64,000 bases of DNA, taken from positions 128,001 through 192,000 of the forward strand of contig OY969814.1 of NCBI GenBank assembly GCA_963703345.1, read 5' to 3'. A program made the translations under genes and the position numbers. How positions within the stretch are numbered: the first letter of the stretch is position 1; every line of letters starts with the position of its first letter. The notes below the pieces were generated by a model. It searched no databases, was not told where the DNA came from, and was given only the letters and a program-made list of their open reading frames with translations. Source of the DNA: an uncultured Chloroflexia bacterium. GTDB taxonomy: Bacteria; Chloroflexota; Dehalococcoidia; DSTF01; JALHUB01. This document shows, piece after piece, positions 1 through 10,431 of the stretch.

Positions 1-135
1 AAGAGCAAGGAGGTGCCCGGCTGGCTGGTGCGTGACGACGCCACCATGACCGGTCGCATCCTTCGCCCGCCGGAAGCGGAAGATGCCGGCGCGCCATTCG
101 ATCCCCTTGTCATCGTCGAGTACTATTCGCGTTAG
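1..135 (+). CDS. rpsD: 30S ribosomal protein S4, 3' end only (partial)
   Basis: Frame 1 reads KSKEVPGWL...IVEYYSR*, the typical S4 C-terminus, directly upstream of rpoA. Confidence 0.92.
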   Translation, partial: KSKEVPGWLVRDDATMTGRILRPPEAEDAGAPFDPLVIVEYYSR

Positions 136-156
136 TCGGAGCGGGAGGCCGGAGAA

Positions 157-1326
157 TTGATATCTCCTCAACCTTTGGATGCAGAGAGAGAGGGCGTCCC
201 CAGCGCGCAGCTCGCGACGCCGCAGATCGAAATCGAAGAGGCGAACGATACTTACGCCCGCGTCGTCGCTGAGCCGCTGGAGGCGGGCTTCGGGACGACG
301 ATTGGCAACGCCCTGCGGCGCGTTCTTCTCAGCTCGCTGCCCGGCTCGGCGATCACCTCCGTGCGCATCGAAGAGGTGGAGCACGAGTTTTCGACGATCC
401 TGGGCATCAAAGAGGACACGATGGAGTTCCTCCTCGCCGTGAAGGAGATACGCCTGCGCGGCCTTTCGGACCGGCCCGGCAAGCTGTATCTTGAGGCATC
501 GGGCGAGGGCAGGGTGACGGCAGGGGACATTGCGGCCACCGCCGACTACGAAATCGCGAACTCGGAGCTTCACCTCGCTACGCTCGACTCGCCGGACGCG
601 CATCTGACCGTCGAATTCACGGTAGAACAGGGGCACGGCTATTGGCCGGCAACGGAGCGGGAGCCGGCGCCCATCGGCGTCATCCCGGTCGATGCCATCT
701 TTACGCCGATCCGCAAGGTGAACTACCAGGTGGAGCGGACACGCGTCGGCCAGGTGACGGACTACGACCGGCTGGTGCTGGAAGTCTGGACGGACGGCAC
801 CGTAACCGGCTCGGAGGCAGTAAGCCGCGCGGCCAGCCTTCTCATCGACCAGTTGGTGCTTTACAGCCAGATCGGCAAGCCACAGCCGGCCGTCGTCGAG
901 CGCGGGCTGGGCGTGGGCGCGGCGCTTTCGCCGGACCGCTACAACACGCCGATAGAGCAGCTCAACCTTTCCGTCAGGGCCTATAACTGTCTGAAGCGGA
1001 GCGGCCTGATGGCGGTAGGGCAAGTCCTCGAGAAGAGCGAAGACGACCTGTTGGCGCTGCGCAACTTCGGCCGCAAGTCGTACGACGAGTTGAGGGCCAA
1101 GCTCATCGAAATGGCCTTCCTCCAGCCGGAGCCGGAGGAGGAGATGCCTCTGGCTTACGAGGAAGAGGAAGGACCCGAGGGGGGAGAAGGCGAGCCGGTC
1201 AGCGCGCTCGGTGCCGCCCTGCTGCAGGCGCTGCGGAAGGCGGGCGAGGACCTGCCCACCGGCGAATCGGAAGGGGAGTCGGAGGGAGAGGTGGAGGCCG
1301 GCGAAGGGAAAGACGAAGAGGAGTAA
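157..1326 (+). CDS. rpoA: DNA-directed RNA polymerase subunit alpha, with acidic C-terminal tail
   Basis: EPLEAGFGTTIGNALRRVLLSS and LSVRAYNCLKR motifs; operon context. Confidence 0.98.
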   Translation: MISPQPLDAEREGVPSAQLATPQIEIEEANDTYARVVAEPLEAGFGTTIGNALRRVLLSSLPGSAITSVRIEEVEHEFSTILGIKEDTMEFLLAVKEIRLRGLSDRPGKLYLEASGEGRVTAGDIAATADYEIANSELHLATLDSPDAHLTVEFTVEQGHGYWPATEREPAPIGVIPVDAIFTPIRKVNYQVERTRVGQVTDYDRLVLEVWTDGTVTGSEAVSRAASLLIDQLVLYSQIGKPQPAVVERGLGVGAALSPDRYNTPIEQLNLSVRAYNCLKRSGLMAVGQVLEKSEDDLLALRNFGRKSYDELRAKLIEMAFLQPEPEEEMPLAYEEEEGPEGGEGEPVSALGAALLQALRKAGEDLPTGESEGESEGEVEAGEGKDEEE

Positions 1327-1365
1327 CGAGGCTTTTCGCCAGAGGGCGAGAGGCACTCGAAAAGC

Positions 1366-1716
1366 ATGAGACACAAAGTCGCTGGTCGAAAGCTCAGGCG
1401 GTCGACGCCACAGAGGCAGGCGCTGTTCCGCGGCCTGGTCACGGACCTCCTCCGCTACGAAAAGATTCGGACGACCGAGGCGAAGGCGAAGGAAGTGCGC
1501 GGCATCGCCGAGAAGGTGATCACCCTCGGCAAGGACGGCACCGTCCACGCCCGTCGCCAGGCCCTTCGCGTGGTGACGGACACGGACGTGGTGAAGAAGG
1601 TGTTCGACGACATCGCGCCCCGTTATGCGACCCGGCCCGGCGGCTACACGCGGATACTGAAGCTGGGCCGTCGCGTCGGTGACGGCGCGGAAGTGGCGCA
1701 GTTGGAGCTCGTCTAA
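1366..1716 (+). CDS. rplQ: 50S ribosomal protein L17
   Basis: [10 protein letters not shown]...[10 protein letters not shown]. Confidence 0.98.
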   Translation: MRHKVAGRKLRRSTPQRQALFRGLVTDLLRYEKIRTTEAKAKEVRGIAEKVITLGKDGTVHARRQALRVVTDTDVVKKVFDDIAPRYATRPGGYTRILKLGRRVGDGAEVAQLELV

Positions 1717-1741
1717 GAGGCAACGGGCTCTATCGGATGAA

Positions 1742-2560
1742 ATGACGTCGCAGCAGCCGCCCGGGGGCGAAGCAAGGCGCATAGCCCTCCTCCTGGAGTA
1801 CGACGGCAGCCGCTACGGCGGATCGCAGATTCAAAAGAACGCCCTTACCATCCAGGGCAGCCTGGAGGGGGCAATAGGGAAGCTCACCGGCAAGGCATCC
1901 CGCGTCGCTCTTGCCGGCCGCACCGACGCCGGCGTGCATGCCCGCGGCCAGGTCGCATCGTTCCTGACGCAGCGTCGCTTCGACGACGCGGTGTTTGTGG
2001 GCGGTCTGAACTACTGGCTGCCGGAGGACATCGCCGTTCGCGCGGCGCGCGTTGTGGCGATCAACTACGATGTCCGACGCCGGGCACGAAGTCGCTTGTA
2101 CCGCTATCTGGTCTGTTGCGGTCGAGCGCGCTCACCGCTGTGGCGACAGCGTTCGTGGCACGTAAAGGAGCCGCTGGACCTAGCGCCGATGCTGGCGGCG
2201 GCGGCCTGTCTCGTCGGCAGACACGATTTCGCGGCGTTCGCGGGCAGGATGGAGAATGCGCTGGCCACGAGCGTCCGGACGCTGCGCCGACTGGAGGTGC
2301 GCCGGACGGGGCGCCTGCTTGTTTTCGAGGCGGAGGCCAACGCCTTCCTGCCGCACCAGGTCCGACGGATGGTTGGCGCGCTGGTGGAAGTGGGGTCGGG
2401 CCGGCAGACGCCACAGGAGGTCGAACGGCTGCTGCGAGAGGCGAAAGTGGCGACGGCCGGGCCCGCGGCGCCGCCGCAGGGGCTCTGCCTTGTGCGGGTG
2501 ACCTACGCCGATCTGGATTTTGACGAAGAGACGGATATCGATGAAGACTTACAGCGCTAA
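1742..2560 (+). CDS. truA: tRNA pseudouridine(38-40) synthase
   Basis: [38 protein letters not shown] motifs; start approximate. Confidence 0.95.
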   Translation: MTSQQPPGGEARRIALLLEYDGSRYGGSQIQKNALTIQGSLEGAIGKLTGKASRVALAGRTDAGVHARGQVASFLTQRRFDDAVFVGGLNYWLPEDIAVRAARVVAINYDVRRRARSRLYRYLVCCGRARSPLWRQRSWHVKEPLDLAPMLAAAACLVGRHDFAAFAGRMENALATSVRTLRRLEVRRTGRLLVFEAEANAFLPHQVRRMVGALVEVGSGRQTPQEVERLLREAKVATAGPAAPPQGLCLVRVTYADLDFDEETDIDEDLQR

Positions 2561-3203
2561 GGCAAAGGAGATCGTTCCGCAGTGGCACGTCGTTGACGCC
2601 GCCGAGCAGCCGCTTGGCCGGCTGGCAGCGCGCGTCGCCTCGCTTCTGCGCGGCAAGCACCGGCCCGAGTTCACGCCGCATCTGGACATGCGCGACTTTG
2701 TGGTCGTCGTGAACGCGGAGAAAGTGCGGGTAAGCGGCAACAACAAGATGCGTCAGAAGCTCTACCGCCACCACACCCAGTACCCGGGCGGGCTGAAAGA
2801 GATTACCCTCGAGAAGATGATGGCGGCGCATCCGACGCGGGTCATCGAACACGCGGTTCGCGGGATGCTGCCGCACAACCGGCTGGGCGCGAAGCTGCGG
2901 CGTCATCTGAAAGTGTACGTGGGACCGGAGCATCCGCATGCCGCGCAGACGGGCGGCGCGCCGAAGAGGCCGAGGGAGACCGCAGTTCCTGCTGCGTCTG
3001 CAGCAAAGGCGAAGCCGGCGCTCGTCGCGGAGGCGGCCGTCAAAGAGCCGGCAGTGGCCATCGCCGAGGAACCGACGGAGGTGGCTGAGGCGGAAGAGAC
3101 GACGGAGGCGCCGGTCGCAGAGGAATCAGAAGAAGGCGCGCTGGAGGCCGAGAGCCAGGCGCAGAGCGTCGCTAGCGCCACGCAGGAGGAAAGTTCGAGT
3201 TGA
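2541..3203 (+). CDS. rplM: 50S ribosomal protein L13 with ~75-aa Ala/Glu-rich C-terminal extension
   Basis: WHVVDA...LGRLA...[12 protein letters not shown]...AVRGMLP. Confidence 0.97.
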   Translation: MKTYSAKAKEIVPQWHVVDAAEQPLGRLAARVASLLRGKHRPEFTPHLDMRDFVVVVNAEKVRVSGNNKMRQKLYRHHTQYPGGLKEITLEKMMAAHPTRVIEHAVRGMLPHNRLGAKLRRHLKVYVGPEHPHAAQTGGAPKRPRETAVPAASAAKAKPALVAEAAVKEPAVAIAEEPTEVAEAEETTEAPVAEESEEGALEAESQAQSVASATQEESSS

Positions 3204-3592
3204 ACCAGCACTACTTCGCAGGGACCGGTCGCAGGAAGACAGCCGTCGCGCGCGTGCGCCTGTATCCGGGCGGGGGCGCCATTGTAATAAACGGCAAGCC
3301 GATGGAGGAGATCTTCAACCGGCCTGCTCACCGGAGCCTCGTCCTCAAGCCGTTCCAGGTGAGCGCGCAGTCCGACAAGTTCAACGCGCAGATAAGAGTG
3401 GAGGGCGGCGGCATCAGCGCCTGGGCCGGAGCGGTGGCCCACGGGATGGCGCGCGCCCTTGTCGCGATGGACGTTGGGCTGAAGAAGCCCCTGCGGGAGC
3501 ACGGCCTGCTCACTCGCGACGCCCGCGTAAAAGAGCGAAAGAAGTACGGCCTGAAGCGGGCCCGCAAGGCGCCTCAGTACACCAAGCGCTAA
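3200..3592 (+). CDS. rpsI: 30S ribosomal protein S9
   Basis: [12 protein letters not shown]...[19 protein letters not shown]. Confidence 0.98.
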   Translation: MNQHYFAGTGRRKTAVARVRLYPGGGAIVINGKPMEEIFNRPAHRSLVLKPFQVSAQSDKFNAQIRVEGGGISAWAGAVAHGMARALVAMDVGLKKPLREHGLLTRDARVKERKKYGLKRARKAPQYTKR

Positions 3593-3613
3593 CCGACGAC
3601 CTAATAACAATGT

Positions 3614-3645
3614 GAGGGCGGGCACAGATGCCCGCCCTCGTTTTC
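3614..3645 (+). terminator. Rho-independent terminator after rpsI
   Basis: GAGGGCGGGCA-CAGA-TGCCCGCCCTC stem followed by GTTTTC. Confidence 0.8.
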
Positions 3646-3697
3646 TCCCTGACCGAGCCGGATCGGCTCGCTACCTGGCAGGCGCGCGGGTTAGCCT

Positions 3698-4762
3698 CTA
3701 GCTCGCGTCCGCCAGCCAGCGTTTGAGGTGCTGGATTGCGGTCACGGGCGACGGACGCACGCCGTTCAGCATCGCCAGGTAGTAGCTTACCCAGTCACCG
3801 AAGTGGACGGCGGTCAGCACCTGCGCTAGATCGCCGTCGCCGCGCGCCTCGATACGCTCGCTTGTCACGCCGGCCGCCTCCAGGGCATCGTGCGTGGCGT
3901 TGTAGCGCAGGATGTTGCGCGGGTTCAGCTTCGGATGGTACAGGAACATCACATGCGCCCGCTCCGCGATCTCCCGCGGCAGCCGAAACCCCTCGACGGC
4001 GTTGTGATTTAGCTCCGAGACCTCCTCGTAGAAGGCCCAGACTTTGCTGTTCTCGTTCAGCTGCGTCTTCCAGCGATGCGCCGCTTCCGTCAGCGCCTCG
4101 GCGCCAAAGATGACCGGCAGCTTTCCGTGGAGGCGTGTCGCCAACTGCTTGGCGGCGTTCTCGTCCAGCCGCACAGTGTCGTCGATCTCCTGGCGCAGCT
4201 CTTCCATCAATGTTATCGCTTCGTCGACATCGCGCGACTGGTCGGGCAGCACGCCCGCGGACGCCGCGAGCGCCAGCAGCGGCATAAGGCTGTGGCCCAG
4301 CGCCGAGCGCGGTTCCCCCGCGTACTGGAAGACGTACGACGGCACTCCCTGCGATTGAGCCATTGTCAGCAGGCGGCCGCCAGTGGTGACGACTAGTTTT
4401 TTCGTCGGACCAGCGAGCGCCTGCCCGAACGACGACAGCACCTCCTCCGTCTCGCCGCTGTAGCTGCAGGCGACGACAAGCGTCCGCTCGCCGGCCGACG
4501 GCGGAAGATCGTAGCCGCGGTGTACGGAGACAGCCTTCTTGCTGTGCCGCAGGGCCAGCGACCGCACGATGTCGCCGGCAATCGCGGAGCCGCCCAGCCC
4601 GAGCACCATGAGGCCGTCGACCTCGGCGAAGTCAGGAGGGAAAGGGAAGCTCTTTGCCTGCAGCCACGCCCCGCGGCACTGCTCCGGGAAGCCCAGGATG
4701 CGGTCGCGAAGGCCGTCCGGGTCCAGCCGCTCGAAGGTCAGCGGGTCATCAAGTGAGTGCAC
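3698..4762 (-). CDS. Bifunctional phosphoglucose/phosphomannose isomerase (SIS domain)
   Basis: GLGGSAIAGD, SYSGETEE, RWKTQLNENSK, ELNHN motifs; GTG start inferred. Confidence 0.9.
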   Translation of the reverse strand: MHSLDDPLTFERLDPDGLRDRILGFPEQCRGAWLQAKSFPFPPDFAEVDGLMVLGLGGSAIAGDIVRSLALRHSKKAVSVHRGYDLPPSAGERTLVVACSYSGETEEVLSSFGQALAGPTKKLVVTTGGRLLTMAQSQGVPSYVFQYAGEPRSALGHSLMPLLALAASAGVLPDQSRDVDEAITLMEELRQEIDDTVRLDENAAKQLATRLHGKLPVIFGAEALTEAAHRWKTQLNENSKVWAFYEEVSELNHNAVEGFRLPREIAERAHVMFLYHPKLNPRNILRYNATHDALEAAGVTSERIEARGDGDLAQVLTAVHFGDWVSYYLAMLNGVRPSPVTAIQHLKRWLADAS

Positions 4763-6209
4763 CCTGCCCGCCCTCCTGCTGCGGCAGACCGGCAAGCTGA
4801 CGGCCCGCCTTAAGCAAGCTCGGCACCAGGGCCTTATCTGGGACCTCCGTGTAGATGCGAAGGAGCGGTTCCGTGCCGGAGAAGCGCAGCAGCAACCAGC
4901 CGCCGTTCTCCAGGTTAAAGCGGAAGCCGTCCGTGTCGTCCCGTCCCGTGACTTTGACGCCGGCGACCGACGCGGGGCGCGCCGCCGCCACTCGCCTTTG
5001 CACCGACTCCTTGTCCGCCGCCGGCATCCTGATGTCGACGCGGTCGTAGTGGTGCGGCCCAACGCGCCGGTAGAGGTCTGCCAGCAGCTCCGAGGGGCGC
5101 TTCCCAGTGCGCACCATGAAGTCGAGCATTGCCAGCGCCGCCAGGACGCCGTCGCGCTCCGGCAGGTGGCCGCGGAAGGCGTAGCCGCCGCTCTCTTCGC
5201 CGCCGATCAGCCCTTTCGTCTCGATCATCTTGGGCCCCAGGTACTTGAAGCCGACGGCGGTCTCGTAGACGGGGACGTCGTAAAGCTCGCCTAGCCTAAT
5301 CACCATGCGCGTCGTGGTGAGAGACTTGATGATCGGCCCGCGCTCGCCGCGCGCTTCGAGCAGATAGTACGTGAGCAGGCCGAAGACTTGAAGCTGGTCG
5401 ACGTAGACGCCGTTTTCGTCCACCAGCCCGAAGCGGTCGGCATCGCCGTCGACGGCCAGGCCAACGTCGGCCTTCTCGCGGCGCACGAGCTCCATGAGGC
5501 CGGTGAGATTGCGTCCGATAGGCTCCGGCGCGCCGATTCCCGGGAACAGGGGGTTCCGCTCGCCGTGCAGCTCGATAACCCGCAGGCGGCCGCCGGCGAG
5601 GAGCTCCGGCAGATAACCCTGGCCGCTGCCATACATGGCGTCGACGCAGACCGTGAAGTTCGCGGCGCGGAGTGGCTCCAGATCGACGAGCTTCTTGAGC
5701 TGAGCGATGTATGCCGGCCGCGGGTCGAAGAGCTCCACGAGCTCCTTCCGTTGCGCCTCGGCCAGAGGCATCCGCTGAATGGCGCCGGACGCCTGTATCT
5801 CCTCCAGCGGCGCCTCCAATCGCGCCACCACCTCGGGCGAGGCGCTGCCGGCGTATTCGGGCTTGTACTTGAAGCCGTTGTAGCGCCAGGGATTGTGACT
5901 GGAGGTAATCATTGCGGCGCCGCCGGCTTGCTTGTCCAGGATCGCCCAACTGACGGTCGGCGTCGGCGTCGCGCGGTCGCAGAGATAGGCCTTTATGCCG
6001 TTGCCGGCGATCACTTCGGCGACCGCGGCGGCGAAGTCTTCGGAAGCGAAGCGTGTGTCATAGCCAACGATAAGGCCCCGCGATGCCATGCCGCTCTCTT
6101 TGAGGAAACGCGCGACGCTCTGGGCGCAGACACGGACGTTGGCGAAGGTGAAGTCGTCGCCGATGATCGCCCGCCAGCCGTCGGTTCCGAACTTGATCTC
6201 GCTAGCCAT
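4749..6209 (-). CDS. Phosphoglucomutase/phosphomannomutase family protein
   Basis: IKFGTDGWR, TSSHNP, DGDADR, GGEESGG. Confidence 0.95.
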   Translation of the reverse strand: MASEIKFGTDGWRAIIGDDFTFANVRVCAQSVARFLKESGMASRGLIVGYDTRFASEDFAAAVAEVIAGNGIKAYLCDRATPTPTVSWAILDKQAGGAAMITSSHNPWRYNGFKYKPEYAGSASPEVVARLEAPLEEIQASGAIQRMPLAEAQRKELVELFDPRPAYIAQLKKLVDLEPLRAANFTVCVDAMYGSGQGYLPELLAGGRLRVIELHGERNPLFPGIGAPEPIGRNLTGLMELVRREKADVGLAVDGDADRFGLVDENGVYVDQLQVFGLLTYYLLEARGERGPIIKSLTTTRMVIRLGELYDVPVYETAVGFKYLGPKMIETKGLIGGEESGGYAFRGHLPERDGVLAALAMLDFMVRTGKRPSELLADLYRRVGPHHYDRVDIRMPAADKESVQRRVAAARPASVAGVKVTGRDDTDGFRFNLENGGWLLLRFSGTEPLLRIYTEVPDKALVPSLLKAGRQLAGLPQQEGGQGALT

Positions 6210-6906
6210 TCTGGTCCGTGTCCTTCCCAGCAAGATGGGACGCGGCCTTGTTCACGTCCTTCACGGTATCGATTGGTTTCCAGTAGGCGTTGCTCTTGAA
6301 GCCGGATAGCTTCCCCTGCGAAGCGAGCTCTGGGAAGACCGTCGTCTCGTGATCGCCGATCTCCGGCAGCATGGCGAAGAAGTCGCGCTCCAGGGCGTAG
6401 ACGCCGGCGTTCACCCAGTAGGGCAGCAGCGGCTTTTCGTCGAAGCCGACGATTCGGCTCCCTCGGGTGAGCCTGACCACGCCGAAGGGGCTGCGCAGCG
6501 GCGCGACCATTACAGTCGCAGTGGCACCGGTCTGGCGATGACGGCGCAGGAACGGTGGCAACGGCTGCTCGACGATGTTGTCGCCGTTCGTGCCGATGAC
6601 CGTCTTCTCGGAAGCGGGGACCTGCTGAAAGCCGCGCCGGAAGGCGCCGCCGCGGCCCAGGGGCGTGTCCTCGATAGAGTAGAGGATGCGAACCCCCAAA
6701 GCGCTTCCGTCGCCAAAGTGCCGCTGGATGGCCTCGTGCTTATAGCCGCAGAGAAGCACGACGTCCGTGACGCCGTTGCGGACCAGCCACTCCAGGTGAT
6801 GCTGGAGGATGGGCTTGTCGTTGAGGAGGATCATGGGCTTCGGACGGTCTGCAGTTAGGGGGCGAAGTCGCTCGCCTTGGCCTCCGGCCAGCACCAGCGC
6901 AAACAT
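6202..6906 (-). CDS. Sugar-phosphate nucleotidyltransferase family protein
   Basis: LAGGQGERLRPLT..PKPM N-terminal motif. Confidence 0.9.
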   Translation of the reverse strand: MFALVLAGGQGERLRPLTADRPKPMILLNDKPILQHHLEWLVRNGVTDVVLLCGYKHEAIQRHFGDGSALGVRILYSIEDTPLGRGGAFRRGFQQVPASEKTVIGTNGDNIVEQPLPPFLRRHRQTGATATVMVAPLRSPFGVVRLTRGSRIVGFDEKPLLPYWVNAGVYALERDFFAMLPEIGDHETTVFPELASQGKLSGFKSNAYWKPIDTVKDVNKAASHLAGKDTDQNG

Positions 6907-7013
6907 CTCGGTGCCTGCTCCTTCAGGCTATAGTCTCATATTGTGACGCTGATATCCAGAGGAACGACGACCCGTTCGGCGGACGATGCTGTTGCCGTCA
7001 ACGAGCACTTCGA

Positions 7014-7598
7014 CTAGCGGAGCCGAAGGCGTTCTGAGACGGACCAGGCCGCCGGAAGGGTGAACGCGGCCGCAGCAATCTTGGCGAGGTCGCCTGGGAT
7101 GAAAGGCAGCAGCCCCGCTTGGACGACGGCGCGCGGCCCGACGAAGAAAGCCAGCCAGGGCAGCCCGACGGCGTAGATCAGAGCGTCGCCAAGGAGTAGC
7201 GGGACTACTATCATCTTACCGCGGTCCCAGCCACGCTCGGAGAACCAGCCGACGAGGAACGTCGCGGCTGCGAAGCCGAAGACGTAGCCGCCGGTCGGCC
7301 CGCTGACAATCGCCCAGCCGCCGCTGCCGCCATTAAAGACGGGCAGTCCGCAGGCGCCTGCCAGCCAGTAGCAGGCAACCGTCGTGAAGCCGGCGCGACT
7401 CCCCAACAGCGCGCCCGTGAGGAGCACGGCGAAGGTCTGGCCGGTCACGGGCACAGGCGTGAAGGGAAGCGGGAAGCGAAGCCGGGCGGAGAGCGAGAGC
7501 AGCGCCACGCCGGCGACGACGAGCAGCGCCTGAGACGCCACCGTCCGCCGACGAACGAGGACAAAGGCGAGAGTGGGCTCGCGGACGCCAGCCTGCAT
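7014..7598 (-). CDS. bioY: Biotin ECF transporter S component BioY
   Basis: PVPVTGQTFAVLL, GLPVF, GPTGGY motifs; hydrophobic. Confidence 0.92.
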   Translation of the reverse strand: MQAGVREPTLAFVLVRRRTVASQALLVVAGVALLSLSARLRFPLPFTPVPVTGQTFAVLLTGALLGSRAGFTTVACYWLAGACGLPVFNGGSGGWAIVSGPTGGYVFGFAAATFLVGWFSERGWDRGKMIVVPLLLGDALIYAVGLPWLAFFVGPRAVVQAGLLPFIPGDLAKIAAAAFTLPAAWSVSERLRLR

Positions 7599-7672
7599 GA
7601 GTGGTCCTGCCTAGAGGTTTCGAGGAAACGGGCCGCGCGTCCCGTGCGCGACAAGACGACGGCGCGAGGCCG

Positions 7673-8380
7673 TTAGTAACCCAGGTAGGCGCGGCGGACC
7701 GCTTCGTCCTTTCGCAGGTTCTCGCCGGTGTCTTCCAGGGCGACTCTGCCGATTTCGAGGACGTATCCGTAGCGGGCGATGCGCAGCGCAAGGCCGGCGT
7801 TCTGCTCGACGAGGAGGATCGTGATGCCCTCATTCTCGTTGAGCGCCTTGATGATGCCGAAGATGTGCTGCACGATCAGAGGCGCCAGGCCGAGGGATGG
7901 CTCGTCGAGAAGCAGGATGCGTGGGCGGGCCATCAGGGCTCGCCCAATCGCCACCATCTGCTGCTCGCCGCCGCTGAGCGTTCCGGCGGGCTGCCCATGG
8001 CGCTCCTTGAGGACAGGGAAGTAGCTGAAGACGCGATCGATGTCCCGGCGCACGGCGCGCCCGTCCCGGCGGATGTAGGCACCGAGGCGGAGGTTCTCCA
8101 TGACTGTGAGCTCAGGGAAGATCTGCCGGCCTTCCGGCACCTGCGAGATGCCGATTTGCACGATCTTCTCCGGCGACATTTTCTCGATGCGGCGTCCCAA
8201 GAACTCGATCTGGCCCTTCACGGGATGGACCAGGCCGGAAACCGTCCGCAGAGTGGTGCTCTTGCCGGCGCCGTTTCCTCCCAGGATGGTGATGATGGCG
8301 CCTTCCGGCACCTCAAGGGAGACGCCGCGCAGGGCCATGATGGGTCCGTAGGCGGTGTAGAGATCGCGAATTACAAGCAC
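7673..8380 (-). CDS. livF: Branched-chain amino acid ABC transporter ATP-binding protein (LivF-like)
   Basis: GGNGAGKST, VPEGRQIF, LSGGEQQM, LLDEPSLGLAP; start inferred. Confidence 0.88.
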   Translation of the reverse strand: MLVIRDLYTAYGPIMALRGVSLEVPEGAIITILGGNGAGKSTTLRTVSGLVHPVKGQIEFLGRRIEKMSPEKIVQIGISQVPEGRQIFPELTVMENLRLGAYIRRDGRAVRRDIDRVFSYFPVLKERHGQPAGTLSGGEQQMVAIGRALMARPRILLLDEPSLGLAPLIVQHIFGIIKALNENEGITILLVEQNAGLALRIARYGYVLEIGRVALEDTGENLRKDEAVRRAYLGY

Positions 8381-9144
8381 TATTGCTCCGTCCCCAGATA
8401 AGCTCGAATTACGGACGAGTCCTTTTGTACCTCCGCCGGCGTCGCCTCGGCTATCTTCTTGCCGAAGTCCAGGACGCAAACCCTGTCGGAAACATCCATC
8501 ACCAGTGCCATGTGGTGCTCGACCAGCAGGATAGTGACACCAAGGTCGCTGCGAATGGAGCGGATGAGCCTGCCCAACGCCTGCATCTCCTCGTGGCTGA
8601 GTCCGCTGGCCGGCTCGTCCAGGAGAACGAAGCGCGGTCGCGATACGAGGGCGCGAGCTAGCTCGACCCTCTTCTGAACGGCGAAGGGAAGGCCGGCGAC
8701 GGGAACGTCGCGCAGCCCTTCGAAGCCAAGCACCTTCAGCACGTCCTCGGCCCGCTTGAAGGCGAACTTCTCTTCCCGCATCACCTGAGGCAGACGAAAC
8801 AGGCAGTCGATGAGGTTGCTCTTCATCAGGACGTGCTGGCCGACGAGCAGGTTCTCCAGCACTGTCATACTTGGGAAGAGAGCGAGGTTCTGAAAGGTGC
8901 GCGAAATGCCGGTGCGGATGACCTTGTAGGCCGGCATCTTAAGCAGTTCCTGCCCCTCGAAGCGGACCGAGCCCTTGTCGGCGTCGTACACTCGAGTGAT
9001 GCAGTTGAAAAGGGTAGTCTTGCCGGCGCCGTTCGGGCCGATGAGCCCCATGATCTCCCCTTCTTCCACATGGAAGGAGACGCCATCGAGCGCTACCACT
9101 CCGCCGAAGTGAATTGACAGGTCGTTGATTTCCAGCTGAGCCAT
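8380..9144 (-). CDS. livG: Branched-chain amino acid ABC transporter ATP-binding protein (LivG-like)
   Basis: GPNGAGKTT, RTFQN, LLDEP, LVEHHM, VIRAYLG. Confidence 0.88.
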   Translation of the reverse strand: MAQLEINDLSIHFGGVVALDGVSFHVEEGEIMGLIGPNGAGKTTLFNCITRVYDADKGSVRFEGQELLKMPAYKVIRTGISRTFQNLALFPSMTVLENLLVGQHVLMKSNLIDCLFRLPQVMREEKFAFKRAEDVLKVLGFEGLRDVPVAGLPFAVQKRVELARALVSRPRFVLLDEPASGLSHEEMQALGRLIRSIRSDLGVTILLVEHHMALVMDVSDRVCVLDFGKKIAEATPAEVQKDSSVIRAYLGTEQ

Positions 9145-9247
9145 AGGACTAACCCAATTGTAGAACCGAACGCCCTAAGAGTATAGAGCCTCCCGCCCGT
9201 TACATAAAGCAGCGAGGCACAATGCCCCGCGTCCTATCGGCGCTTCG

Positions 9248-9323
9248 TGGCGCGCCTGGAGGGATTCGAACCCCCGACCCTCGGTTCCGAAGACCGATGC
9301 TCTTTCCGCTGAGCTACAGGCGC
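9248..9323 (-). tRNA. tRNA-Arg (anticodon UCG)
   Basis: GCGCCTG/CAGGCGC acceptor stem, anticodon loop CTTCGGA, GTTCGAA T-loop, encoded CCA. Confidence 0.95.
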
Positions 9324-9435
9324 GAGCCCCATCCCTGACCGGCTCCGACAGTCTACCACAGCAAATCATCGTCAACAACTCATGGAACCAGGGGCACGAG
9401 CCGTTGCGAAAGTCCCCCTCGATTCGCTGCCCAGT

Positions 9436-10395
9436 CTAGGGAGTTGGCATTGCCGATGGCTGAGGGGTGGCCTGAGGCGTCGGGCTGTTGCCGATCTGAA
9501 GCTGGATCACCGCCTGAGCGTACGTCGGGTCCGACGCGAACGTCTGAGTTGTCACCGTACCCGTCCACGGTATGGAGGTCAGCTTGTTCTCGAACGACAG
9601 AGACGACACCCCGCCTTGCGCCGGGTTCTCCGTAACGCTGAAGCCGGCGTTCGCCAACTGCGTCCGGTAGTAGTCGATTATGTCCTTCGGCGTCGTAACC
9701 GCGAGGAGAGACACTTGCCACTGCTGACTGCTGCCGGAACGCGACCAAGCTGTGTCCGCGACGTTGGCGTTTGGATAGATGGGCAATTGCGAGGGCCAGC
9801 CGCGCGGCAAAGGCTTGCTCGGGCCCAGCTTGAACGCCTCGGTTGTCGCGTTATCGGTCGAAGCCGTTTGTACGGAGGTATAGATTATTGAGCCATTGCC
9901 GTCATCGCCGCTTGGCTGAATGAGGACGGTGCCGGCCATGTTGGGATCGTTGGTATTCGCGTACTGGATCGCCGCTATCTTCCCGGGGGCGGTAGACGCC
10001 AGTATCCGCCAGGGTTGCGTATCGAATGCCTGCTCATAGTAAGCGTAGACATCGCCGACGGCGTCGCCCGTCTCGCGCAAGACGGCGTCATCCTTCAAGC
10101 CGCCCTCGGCAGTGGTTACGACCGAGCCGAGGAGCTTCGTCCCCGGGTACTCCGGAACACCGGCCGGGAGGTCATCGGGAACTTTGCCGAGCATGACTTG
10201 GCTCTTAGTGCCCGGACTCTGGCTGGCTTCGAGAAACTTCTGAATGATCGACTCCGCCTTGCTGTCGGAGCTGCTGCCGCCGCCGCAGCCAGAGGCAACG
10301 AAAGCCGCGGCGAGGGAGATGGCCAGGAGCGCAGTCAGCAGCAAAGGGAGATGGCGGCGCCTTAGCGGATGATCACGCTTGATTATGATTGGCAC
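9436..10395 (-). CDS. Putative lipoprotein with two internal repeats
   Basis: Hydrophobic signal ending VASGC; LPAGVPEYP and LPRGWPSQLPIYP repeats; start approximate. Confidence 0.7.
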   Translation of the reverse strand: MPIIIKRDHPLRRRHLPLLLTALLAISLAAAFVASGCGGGSSSDSKAESIIQKFLEASQSPGTKSQVMLGKVPDDLPAGVPEYPGTKLLGSVVTTAEGGLKDDAVLRETGDAVGDVYAYYEQAFDTQPWRILASTAPGKIAAIQYANTNDPNMAGTVLIQPSGDDGNGSIIYTSVQTASTDNATTEAFKLGPSKPLPRGWPSQLPIYPNANVADTAWSRSGSSQQWQVSLLAVTTPKDIIDYYRTQLANAGFSVTENPAQGGVSSLSFENKLTSIPWTGTVTTQTFASDPTYAQAVIQLQIGNSPTPQATPQPSAMPTP

Positions 10396-10431
10396 TTCAG
10401 GCTCCTGACAGGCCGCGCGGCCCGAATAGAC

